From Yuukianura sp. NJ FZ-2021 (lineage: Eukaryota): DNA of 64,000 nt. Below, one piece after another: positions 12,381-22,926 of this stretch. The stretch covers positions 3,720,001 through 3,784,000 of the forward strand of contig CM102283.1 of NCBI GenBank assembly GCA_046563655.1. Reading direction: 5' to 3'. Position numbers and translations under genes: made by a program. The stretch's first letter is position 1; every line of letters begins with the position of its first letter. The notes under the pieces were generated by a model that did not search any database, was not told the DNA's origin, and was given only the letters and a program-made list of their open reading frames with translations.

Positions 12381-13371
12381 ATGAAGCACCTACTAAAACT
12401 TTTCTGGATTGTTGGAATTTTGGCAAAAAGTTTTTCGATCACCGTCGCTTCAGGATTTGCAAACGGGCAGTTCTATGTGATCAGCAGCGCCACCAGTTCA
12501 AAGGTGAGGATTTTCAAAATTTTGATTTTGAAAAATGAAAAAATAAAATTTTGGAAATTTTGAAGGTCTTGACTGCGGGAACAACAGGAAGTTTTAGTCG
12601 TGGAGCTTCTGTAGTACTGACGCTGTGGAACGACGATGCTAACCAAAAATGGTTAGCACTGGAAGCGCCAGCGATTGTTCAAATCAGCCCAACGGCACGG
12701 GAAATTCAAACTTCGCGCTACTTTTTAGTTCCACAAAAACAAGAATTCGATTGGTCAAAAGTGACTCAAAATGGCGCCAAAAATATCACGTCGACCAATG
12801 ACCTTCCACCATTCACCGAAGTTCTATCAATCGATTCTGTAACTGGAAATCTCACTACAGAAGTAAAAGTTTTCAAAAATTTTTTAATTTTTTCAAATTT
12901 TTTAATTTTTGGAAATCCTTGATTTTAATTGGCTAGGTGTTCAACCAATCAAGTTCAAGTCAAGCCTGGATTCCAGAGGAAGTTGGAGTAGACGGGCAAA
13001 TCTTCATCCGAAATCTAGGAAATAATCAATGCATCAAAAATTTTGAGTACACTTTTCAAAATCTCTACTCATTTTTTCTAAGTTTGGAAAAACGGTAATT
13101 TCTAAAAAAAAATTTTTTTTTCTTGATTTGTAGTAAACCTGCAAACCTCATCCAAAGAATTTTCAGCTTCATTAGACGAATTAGACAGCATCAGAAGCAG
13201 TAAGCTTGAATAACTCATTAGCAAAAAAACTAACTTTTCAACGAATTCGAAAATTTCAAAATTTTCAAAAAACTTCAATTTTGAAAAAATGTTTTTAGCG
13301 TACCAAATCCGCTAAGCACTTTCGACTGCAACGTTAAGGACGCCACGGAACGGTGGATCGCTGAACTTTGA
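12381..13371 (+). CDS. Secreted ricin-B (beta-trefoil) lectin-like protein
   Basis: Exons 12381-12503, 12566-12862, 12937-13046, 13134-13199 and 13299-13371 splice in frame. Signal peptide, QxW-type motifs (NQKW, SQAW, ERW) and IRNLGNNQCI..DC. Confidence 0.7.
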
Positions 13372-14936
13372 AAAACTTCAACCAATCAGCGCTTCGTTTT
13401 CCAGTTCCCGCCTTTGGCATTTTACCACTAATTTCAAATCGTACTTAAATTGTAATTAACTTTAGTTAACTTTAGCATAACTTAACTTATTTTTTGGCGC
13501 CAATTTCCGTCTGTATGTCGTAGTTTCAAAAGTTTCTTATTTGAAATGAAATATTTCAACATTTGAGTGAAACTTTTTTTGTATTACATTTTGAACTAAT
13601 TTTTTTTTAGATCTAAAGCACCGTGCTTATTTTTTACGTTTTAACACATTCGCAGATTGAATCCACCTTGAGTCGTCATGGAAACAAAGAAAATAGAAAC
13701 ATTGTAAATTTTGAATTTGGGCGGACTTTCATGATGGTAGTTGATTAGTTAAACTGCAGGAGAAAGCATTTCCATTCCAACACATTCTGTTTAATTTCAT
13801 GGTCTAATTTATATCAAGGAAGAGAAAGCCGGTGAAAGTGGAATTTCGGCGTCGTAAGCCTCGCAAATGAAATTGCGGCCTCGTAAGCTTAAATTTGTCT
13901 TTTGTAAATAATGGATTTGAGACTCAAATGGAGGCCATTAGTTGTGGAATGCCCAGGGTGTTGTGCTAAGTGCCCGCCAAAGTTTAAGTGACAGATTTGT
14001 CCTCAAGGAGACCAGATTAACTGCCGCCCACTTTCCCACCATTTTTTCAAAATCCAAATTTACCCCCAAATTTTCAAATTCCAGGAAATTTGGCGCCTTG
14101 GTTTCTCACTTTGCCCCCACGGCAAAGTCTAATCCTCGGTAAATATTTGGTCTGGAAACACAAGAACTTTCTCTTCTAATGGAATTACTAAAAACTAATC
14201 ATGAATTCTGCACGTAAGTGCTACTATACTAATTCAAAATTTGGAGCCAAAACCATGTTCGGTACACAAAAATGATCTTCAGGTCAAAGGGACGTGCAAT
14301 TTCAATTAACTCATCAATATTCAAATTTTGTGAAACAATAAGTTATTGTTTTAAACTTTTTTAAGCGTTCTTCTCTTTTTCCAATTTAAAAAGCATTCCA
14401 AATTCTTTAGTTAGCACCAAATTCAAATGTGCAAAAAGTTCATAAATTGCAGGAATTTTGGAGTCTGAATTTGGTGAAAGTTTGGGGTTTTATATGCCAC
14501 TAAAGGAATGTCTAAAGACAAAGGAAAAAGAAGCACCCCATCTTACCATTCGTGAATCTTTTGTGAATATTTAGAATATTTTGTAAATAAAATCTAAGGA
14601 ATATGGCATAATTCTTTCTGCAGTGCCATTCATGTACTTAAATAGTTCTGCCTTTTTACATATTGATACTTAAGGTGTATAAAGTGTACCAAAAATGTGC
14701 TTAACTGCTCTCAAGTAAAACCTTCGGTAACAATACGTACATATTCAATGGTTGTTGCGCACGCACGAATTTTGGTGTAGGGTTTATGTGCGGTTCCTGT
14801 GAGTGATTTTCATCTCTCGTTTTGAGAGTATTTAGCGGCGCATTATAGGTGCTGAAAAAGTATATACAAATAGTTCGTCGTCCGTTAACTCTTAAACAGT
14901 GGTTTTAGTTTTGTTTTAACTCGTTCGTGAATCGTG

Positions 14937-16446
14937 ATGGATACCAAAGACTACAAAAACTTTTCAGTCGTACTTTTTAAAGCCGAAAATAGGTTTTCAG
15001 TTGTTCCTTCGTCATGGCTGGCTTTTGATGACGACGAAATACGTTGTCACTGGCCATCAAAGCTAACTAAAAACGTAAGTGAACTGGCTGAATCGGCTGA
15101 GTCAACCCCAGGAAAGGATTGGAGAAAGTATGACATTGAATACATCAAATCATTCGGTAAGCAAATTACTAGTTCAATTTTTAATGAAGTACACAGTTTA
15201 CTAAATAATCAACTTTGCTAGGATTTAAATTAACTAAACGTTTACTGTTTTTTTTCAGTTTCACGTGAAAAGGCGTTAAAAAAATCCAACGCTCTGCGAA
15301 CTTCAAAAGTCCTTGAGATTCACGATACTTCAGAAAGCGAGGGACAGTCTCAGGTCAGATTACCAGCGCCGACCGTATCACTACATCACAATTTTGCTGA
15401 AGAACAGCCGAATGGCGATGAATCGGGCCTTCATACATTGACAGAGTCAGAAGGTGATTGTCATACAATTTTTTCCTTTGATTAATCTAGGTAAACTGTA
15501 ATTGTGTTATGGTTTATTTTAGTAGCAGTCAATCAAGAAGCTCCACTAAACCTGACATTGGTTAATACTGCCGTCATCGATGAACTAAACACCAGAATTC
15601 AGCAGTTGCAATACAGTATCGAGCAACAGCAATACGAGTTCCGTGGTAAGTATTTGTATCATTACACTAATCATAATTCTGAGTTTCCTAGTTTAAGTTC
15701 TGCGTATTCTTGTTACTTTCAGAATTCCAAACAGTTGTTCTTGAAAATCAGGCTACGTTAAAACAGGAATTTGCGGACTTACTGAAATTGGTTAGGCAAG
15801 CCTTGTCTAGGACGCAAGAGACGCAGCAGCAAAACAGACACGATTATCCGTCATTGCCTCTAAAGTCATTGGATGAGTTTCACAGTACTGAGTCAGCTGT
15901 GCAAGACCAACTTCAGTACAAGTTTTTGGTATGAAAAGCAAATTGTTAATCATCGCCTTAGTATAATTTTGATTGTAAAATTTGCTTGATTTGTAATACT
16001 TTCATGGATGTGCATTATTTTACGTGTTGTAGGTAGAGGAACTTGCTAGAGCAGGTGGGCCGACGGTACCCAAGACGGTATACAATACCCTACGACTTCT
16101 GCTGTCGGAGGATTTGAGAAAAGCAGTTCGAATAACAGAAAACTCCGGTAAACTTGCTTTTGGCGGTTTGAAATTAGCGGCTGCAGTGAGAGGTAAGTTT
16201 ACAGTTTCTACTTCGTCACTGTTAAATATCACACCAATCATTCCATTTTCCCATGCCAGTTATAATTAAGCAAAAAGATTAGTATATGCTTTAAATTATG
16301 ATGTTGTTATTGCAGAAGCTGTTCAGAAATCCTGCCCCGGAGAAGACGCGAGCATCTCTACACAAAATATTTACATTGGCCGATTCTTCCGCAACACGAA
16401 AAACAAAAATGGAAACTCCCAGGAGAACCAAGGCCAGACGAATTAG
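14937..16446 (+). CDS. Transposon accessory protein (DUF4806-like), 6 exons
   Basis: Exons 14937-15156, 15259-15453, 15523-15645, 15723-15928, 16033-16192 and 16316-16446 splice in frame. N-terminal VVPSSW..HWP..PGKDW domain, a coiled-coil-like segment, and C-terminal LPLKSLDEF..GG..IGRFFR. Confidence 0.7.
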
Positions 16447-18274
16447 AGGGGAAGTACAACGAAATCTTTTCAGAATTCAAAACTACAATTCACCAGCAAG
16501 CTCGTCACCAGTTCTCGACATTCCATTGTCAAACAACCCACCTCTTAGTCAAGCTACAACAAGTTGTGATTCAAGTGTGAGTAACTATTTGCTTCCAAAT
16601 TCTATTTCAACTACAAATTCTGACGATGTCTTTCAAGAACAGTTGGGCAAAAAGGATATGTTAAAAAGTTGGGCATTTGCACACAATATTACCGGAATTG
16701 CTCTTACAGATTTGCTAAAACTTCTTAAAGATTGGCTTCCTTCAGAAAATTTTCCTAATGACTCACGTTCGTTTTTGCAAACTCCGAGAGGATTGACTAC
16801 CAAAAAAGTAGCAGGCGGTGAGTTATTTTATTTCGGAATTAAGGAAAATTTGGTTCAAATTGTTGAAAGTACAGATAATTATTTTACACCTGGATCAGAA
16901 CTGCCAATTACAGTTGGAATTGATGGCGTACCTTTATCAAAAAGTTCAAACTTACAGTTTTGGCCAATCTTAGGAAAAGTAGCAGTTTGTAACCGAAAGT
17001 TTGTGTTTGTCATTTCGGTGTATTGTGGATACACAAAACCAACCGATGTGGGGGAATACTTGTCAGATTTTATAGTTGAAATTAAAGACTTGGAAGAAAA
17101 TGGTTTACGTGTTAAAAATAGTGTGCTTAAGTTTATTTTACAGGCAATAATCGCAGATGCTCCGGCTAGATCATTTTTAAAATGCATCAAACCCCATCAG
17201 TCCTACTATGCTTGTGAACGCTGTTATGTGCGTGGGACTTGGAAAAAAAATCGAGTAACGTTTCCTACGAAAACTACTTCTTTGTATACAGATTCATCAT
17301 TTAAAAAACAAATCTATAAACGCCACCATAACAGCGTATCCCCGTTAGTGGGACTTAATTTTGATGTCATTTCAAAAATGCCGTTGGACTACATGCATTT
17401 GTGTTGCTTAGGAGTTATGAAAAAGTTGCTAAGTATTTGGACAACAGGGTGTTACAAGTTATCTCATTTAGGTGTTACTAAGATATCAAAGCGTATGCTA
17501 AGCTTTAGAAAACATATACCAAAAGATTTTGTAAGGAAACCACGAGCTTTAACAGATTTAAAGCACTTCAAAGCCACAGAATTCCGTCTATTTATGTTAT
17601 ACTTAGGACCGATTGCCTTAAGAAATATATTGTCAAAGGAGAAATATGAACATTTCCTACTATATCATACAGCTATGTATATTTTAGTATCGACACACTC
17701 AAGAAACTTAGGATGGTTAGATTATGCTAACAACCTAATTTCTGAATTTGTATCTCAAATTCCAACTCTGTACGGCCAGGAACTTATGACTTACAACATG
17801 CATTCTCTACTTCACATAGCACAAGATGTGAAAATTCACGGCAGTTTGGACAATTTCAGTGCTTTTGATTTTGAAAATTTTATGCAAACATTGAAAAAGT
17901 TGCTCCGAGCCAATAGTAATCATCTTGTTCAAGCGGTCAATCGAATCAAAGAGAGGAAAAATCATTTTAACGCTGAAATTGTGCAAAAAAATAGTGCTAT
18001 CAGTAGTTTAACAACTGAAAGTTGTTACTTAACCATAGATAACAGCGTATGTGTTGTATCAAATGTAAACCAAAGTGCGGGTCTATTTGATGTAAAAGTG
18101 TATCGGAAAATTAGAAGTGTAAAATCCTATCCGTGTGATTCATCTTTGTTGGGAATTTTTATGTGTAGTGATTTGTGCAATACCCCTAAAGTTGTAAATA
18201 AGGATTACTTAAAGAAAAAGTGTATTTGTTTACCATTTAAGAAAAAATTGTTCTGTATTCCAATGTGCAATTAA
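16298..18274 (+). CDS. EnSpm/CACTA-type DDE transposase (uninterrupted ORF; alternative start M at 16409)
   Basis: Motifs GIDGVPLSKSS..QFWPIL, ADAPARSFLK..CERC, LDYMHLCCLGV, FKATEFR and YNMHSLLH..SAFDFEN, typical of animal EnSpm-like transposases. Confidence 0.9.
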   Translation: MMLLLQKLFRNPAPEKTRASLHKIFTLADSSATRKTKMETPRRTKARRIRGEVQRNLFRIQNYNSPASSSPVLDIPLSNNPPLSQATTSCDSSVSNYLLPNSISTTNSDDVFQEQLGKKDMLKSWAFAHNITGIALTDLLKLLKDWLPSENFPNDSRSFLQTPRGLTTKKVAGGELFYFGIKENLVQIVESTDNYFTPGSELPITVGIDGVPLSKSSNLQFWPILGKVAVCNRKFVFVISVYCGYTKPTDVGEYLSDFIVEIKDLEENGLRVKNSVLKFILQAIIADAPARSFLKCIKPHQSYYACERCYVRGTWKKNRVTFPTKTTSLYTDSSFKKQIYKRHHNSVSPLVGLNFDVISKMPLDYMHLCCLGVMKKLLSIWTTGCYKLSHLGVTKISKRMLSFRKHIPKDFVRKPRALTDLKHFKATEFRLFMLYLGPIALRNILSKEKYEHFLLYHTAMYILVSTHSRNLGWLDYANNLISEFVSQIPTLYGQELMTYNMHSLLHIAQDVKIHGSLDNFSAFDFENFMQTLKKLLRANSNHLVQAVNRIKERKNHFNAEIVQKNSAISSLTTESCYLTIDNSVCVVSNVNQSAGLFDVKVYRKIRSVKSYPCDSSLLGIFMCSDLCNTPKVVNKDYLKKKCICLPFKKKLFCIPMCN

Positions 18275-20982
18275 TTATTAGAATTCTGTTGGCATATAGT
18301 CTATATTTCAAAATGTTGATTAATAAAATAAAGTTAATCAGAAACTGAGACTAAATTTGTTGCTATCATTTTATCGAATATTTCGCGTACAAAAAGTAAA
18401 TGAATCGTATATACAAAAGCAGTATCGTTTAGATAGAGAAATTTTATGTATCGATTCGGTAAGGCATTTTTATACAGCGCTCCTCTCCCTGTGCGTTTTG
18501 TATACATTAGTATCCGCACCGAAAATGCATATGAAATTTGGGCAAAACCTCACTCAAGCATAACGCTCTTGTATTCACTAAGTATGTACATATTCCGTAC
18601 GACTTGGTAACATGGGACGTCCACTCTATTAACTTTCTCTTCTAAATTACTGTTTTTTAGAAAGTTCAAAAATTTCCCGTCCAGTTACGACTTTCCTTGT
18701 GTTGCACTTTTATGACTTCCAGCATCGTCATGGTCGTTGAACAGTCAAAGGTCAAAGGTCAATGACCTCTAAGCATTTCCTTTTTTTTGCTAACCTTGAA
18801 CTTTAAAGAAAGTGCTAACTTTTACATTAAATTTTAAGTTTGAAAAAGTTTCCCGCCGAAAGGGAAAAACCCTTCAGCATGTTGATGGCCGTTTTGTAAA
18901 AAAAAAAAAGTTGTGGCGGGAAAACTTTTTTTCCCGACCAATAGGAAATGAGCTTTTTAGCGTTGTATCGATAAGACAGAAGTGGGAGCAATTCCGACTA
19001 ATGTTTCAAGTCATCAAGGAATGTCACCCTACTCCTAATAGGCACTCTGCCGTGACAAATGGAGCACGATAAAAAATTCAATTGAAACTAAAGATCCGAG
19101 GGGGATTCGAAGACACGACCACCACAAAAAAATTGCGGGAAAAACAGTTTGAAAAAATCGTTAAGTTGGCACATCTCCCAAAGCGACTGTTTAGTTTTAG
19201 ACAGAACAAAAAATAGTTTTCCTACCACGCAACTTGAAATTTAAAAAATCCAATTTTAGTTTTTGAAATGTCGCCACATTTGAAATGTCGCCCTTTGTGG
19301 TCATCCTGACAATAAACAGAATGGGTCATTGTTCAAATGGAATGGAAAACAAAGACATAAATTTTTCTGAGTGTTCCACGACCTTTTTTTTTGTATGTTT
19401 CTGCGCATCCGCATTTTCCGGGCTGGAAGAGTTATAGCAAGTCGAGACTAGAAGGGGCGGGATTTGGCAAAAACCCACGGATTTTCCCACGGTGGGGCTG
19501 TTTTTTGGTGGGGCCGGTTAGGCTATGTGGTGGAGTGACATGAAAAGTTATGTCAAGTGCCGCCAAAGTTATGTCGAACATCAAATTTTATGAGCGGGAA
19601 ACCTTTTCAGCAGGAGGTATTTCCTTTCTCTCTGTTTTCTCTAATTCAAATGTAAACAAACGCAACTCTCCAGAAAAATTAACGTCCTGTGGCGCCAAAT
19701 TCAAAACAACAACAAACAAAAACACACACTACATTTCTCCCGCGTAAAAATCAATTTCAAAACTCCCGACAATTTTTTGAAAAACGAAATGCAAAAAAAA
19801 ATACCCATTAGCGACGTAAAACTTAAACAACTTTTCAAAAACCTGATTTTTGTCATCTCGTGCAAAATTTTAGGGAAAAATTTTGAAGTGAAAGTTGTGA
19901 GGTGGTGAAAGCTAGAATATGAAAATAAAAGTTTTTGTAACGACCACTTTCTCCAGGAAACTCAAATCAAACTTTTTCTTTTGAAAGTGAGAAATTTTTG
20001 CAAAAGTTGAGATTCTTTCTATACTTTTTTTTTGTAAAAATTTTCAAAACAAAATCCGAAGCTGTAATCGTGCGAGACCAGACAGGAAAACAATTTTAGC
20101 ACGAAAACTTGCTGCGCACGCAATGCAAAGTGCCAAAGTACTCCTGAATTTTTCTGTTCTTCTGCTGAAGTTTCTCCACTTCTTTTCTTTTTCCAAAAAA
20201 AAAGAGATGTGAGCCACCTTTCTCTTAATACCAAAAACCGAAAAAACCCGGGAGTTTTTCTTGTACTTCATCTCTGCTTTCCCGCTTTGTGGACTAAAAA
20301 GATGGGAGTACTTTGCCAAATGACAAAATGGGAGATAAGGGGCAATGTGAGACGAGAGATTTCTTTGGTCGTTTGTTGGAGTTGACCTTTGGCCTTGACA
20401 CAAATGAGTGTGCCTCCGTTGACCCCGGGGTCACGAGGTCATCTTGACCTCTGTGCAGGAAGTCTCCTGCACCAACACTTTCCTCCATGCGTCTGTCCGA
20501 GTGATAAATGGAAGTGTATGCAGTGCTGTCCCATTCTCCGACGACACTTTTTTGCTTTTGTGTCATTTGTAAATGGAATTGAACACAATTCTGGACTGAG
20601 AGAGATCATCATTTCTACATCTCTCGGTTTCTTTTTCAGAAGTGTCGTTTTTTTCAGTTTTTTTTATCCACTGTGTTTGAGATGTCTTTTTTTTGTGATC
20701 TTTATTGATTATGTGTCTTACCCTTCACTTTCATTTGACCAGCACTGTACTTGTGTCCAGTTTGAACTTCGAAGAAGGGAAGAATGAGTGGCTGTTCTTT
20801 GGGTTTCCATTTATTTTGTGATGGATGAAGTGTCGTAAGGGTGGTCTCTGCTGTCGCTCAATCTAAGAATTATTGAAAGGGAGGAAATGAGAAGCTAAAT
20901 CTGCCGCCAAAGAGGTTTTTGCTAAAGATGAATTTTGAGAAGAAGCGAAAAGTGAAGTGAGAGGAGAAAGGCGGGAGAAAGC

Positions 20983-21432
20983 TAGAGGTGCCCCGAATAT
21001 TGAAATGGCCGAATACCGAATAGCCGAATAATTTCGGAAAAAATATTCGCCGAAGCCGAATATTCGGCCGAATAAAATACTGCGTAGAAAGGTGGCAAAA
21101 TGAAAATTTTTTGACACATCTGAGCAGAAATTTGACCGGAAGACGTTCACAGGAGTATCAACACAAATGTGTAAACAGCATAATCTGTTTAAGCATGAGC
21201 TAATTCGATCCGCTACTATTTTCTTGTCGATTCTTGATAAGAAACTGGGAAGGCAAGGCCCCTTTTGCGATAAAATCAGTGGAATTTCTTGCGAAAATAC
21301 GCCAAATTATTCGGCCAGATATCTGGCCAGATAATTCGGCCAGATTTCCCGTCGGCCTAATATGCCGAATATTAAAAATTCCCAATATTAGCCGAATAAT
21401 TATTCGGCGACCGAATATTCGGGGCACCTCTA
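20983..21432. mobile_element. Non-autonomous hAT-type element, 450 bp
   Basis: Perfect 19-bp TIR TAGAGGTGCCCCGAATATT, 8-bp TSD GAGAAAGC (20975-20982 and 21433-21440), many subterminal CCGAATA/TATTCGG repeats. Empty site in the left arm near 10514-10521. Confidence 0.92.
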
Positions 21433-22926
21433 GAGAAAGCTGCAAGGTCAGAAGGAGAAAGGAGGTCAGCATCAATGGAAGGCACCCCCACCTCCCACCC
21501 ACTTCGGAACACTTTGAAAATGGAGCCTCTTCTGAGGTTGACCAAAGTCTCAAGGGCTCTCATCTTCTTTTGTTTGTTGACTTTTCTTCTGAAAATCAAA
21601 TTTCAAAAGTGGTCACTTTTTTTAAAAATCGGTTGCGTGTTTAGCCTACATTGGACCTGAATTAACTCGTTTCAACTCATTTTCCGTTTGAATTTGGCGC
21701 CAAGTTGAGACAGACGGAAGGTGTGGCCTACGTGAGTCATTTCCTGGCCGATTCAAAATCTCTTGACTCAGAATCTACATTTCCAGGAACAGCCATTACA
21801 AAAACTGCCCTGCGCAACAAACTTTCAGAGTTGAAATTGAATGGATGTAATTCTGGATTCTGAACGAAATGAAATCTTTCCGAAATCGGAAATTCTGCAG
21901 CCCACGCACCCAGAAAGTCATCAGAGGGCGGGAAAATTTGAAACTTTGAAACGACTTTGTTCAAACTCTTTGCGGAATCTCAAAATTTGTGTCACACTCT
22001 TCCAATTTTGAGTGAAGTTTTCACTGCACTGCAGTCATTACACAAAATGACCCTGAATTTCGCTTATTTGCAATTCCATTGTCATCTCAAGAAATTATGG
22101 TCTTCGGAAAAGTTTGGAAGAAGAAATTGGTTTAATCTTTTGGAAAATCCGACCTTTGAAATCTGTATTTTGAACATTATTCTTCTAATTGCATTTATTT
22201 CGTTTAAATCAAAATTTCCTTTGAACTTTTGACTTTAGAAGAACTGTGAGTTTGGCTTTAGATTCCGCGATTAACTTCTCTTTTCTTTTGTGAATCTTCC
22301 AAGTCGAGAAATGGAAGATTGTGAAAGTTCTTGCTAATAATTTTGGGTGGTGAAATAAATTGTGAGTTTGGGAGACAGTGGGCGGAGACAAAAAAGAGAA
22401 AGCAGAATTCTGGACTTCTTCCACTCTGCGGCAACTCAAATTATGGCCACACATTCACAAAATTACACATTTTATAACGGGATTTCCAAAAAATACTTTT
22501 ACTGTATGAAAGTGCCCTTGAAGTGGCCCATGTGCTCAAAAGTGTTTTTTCCTTGGAAGTTGTGTTTCATTTTGAATTTCCCTCCACGAGAGTTGTACTG
22601 ATATTTTAAATGTTAGTTGTTTAGAATGAGTGTTTTGCAAGGTTGTTTCACTTTGGCCCACTCCGTTTGGCGCAGGAAAGTGAGAGTTTGAGTGGAAAAA
22701 GAGAGTTTTTGTTGTGCTTTCTCCAAAAAGGAGCGACGGAGGGCCAGCGGAGTCACTCGTCAGGGCAACTTTGGCCACCGAGGTTCTGCCTTCCAGAAAT
22801 CCAAGGTCCCTCGCATGGTCGTGTCTTCCAGCGACATTTCAGCCACTCGGCGACATTTCAGCCACTTGGCGACACTCCCAGTGTCTCTCCGGTGACTGGG
22901 CAACACTTGAAAGTCCAAGTGAGTGA

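Larger units (their letters stand above)
14537..18616 (+). mobile_element. EnSpm/CACTA (CMC)-type autonomous DNA transposon, 4080 bp
   Basis: TIRs CCCATCTTACCA (14537) and TGGTAACATGGG (ending 18616), 2-bp TSD AC on both sides. Contains a spliced accessory gene and an intronless transposase ORF. Confidence 0.85.

Noticed and set aside
14165-18645. 15-bp direct repeat AACTTTCTCTTCTAA at 14165 and 18631 as a possible TSD or LTR edge
   Set aside because: True TIRs with a 2-bp TSD lie inside it (14537-18616). The repeat is low complexity and not adjacent to the left end.
19093-19125. T-arm/B-box-like sequence (minus strand TTCGAATCCCCCTCGGATC)
   Set aside because: No A box, D arm or acceptor partner.
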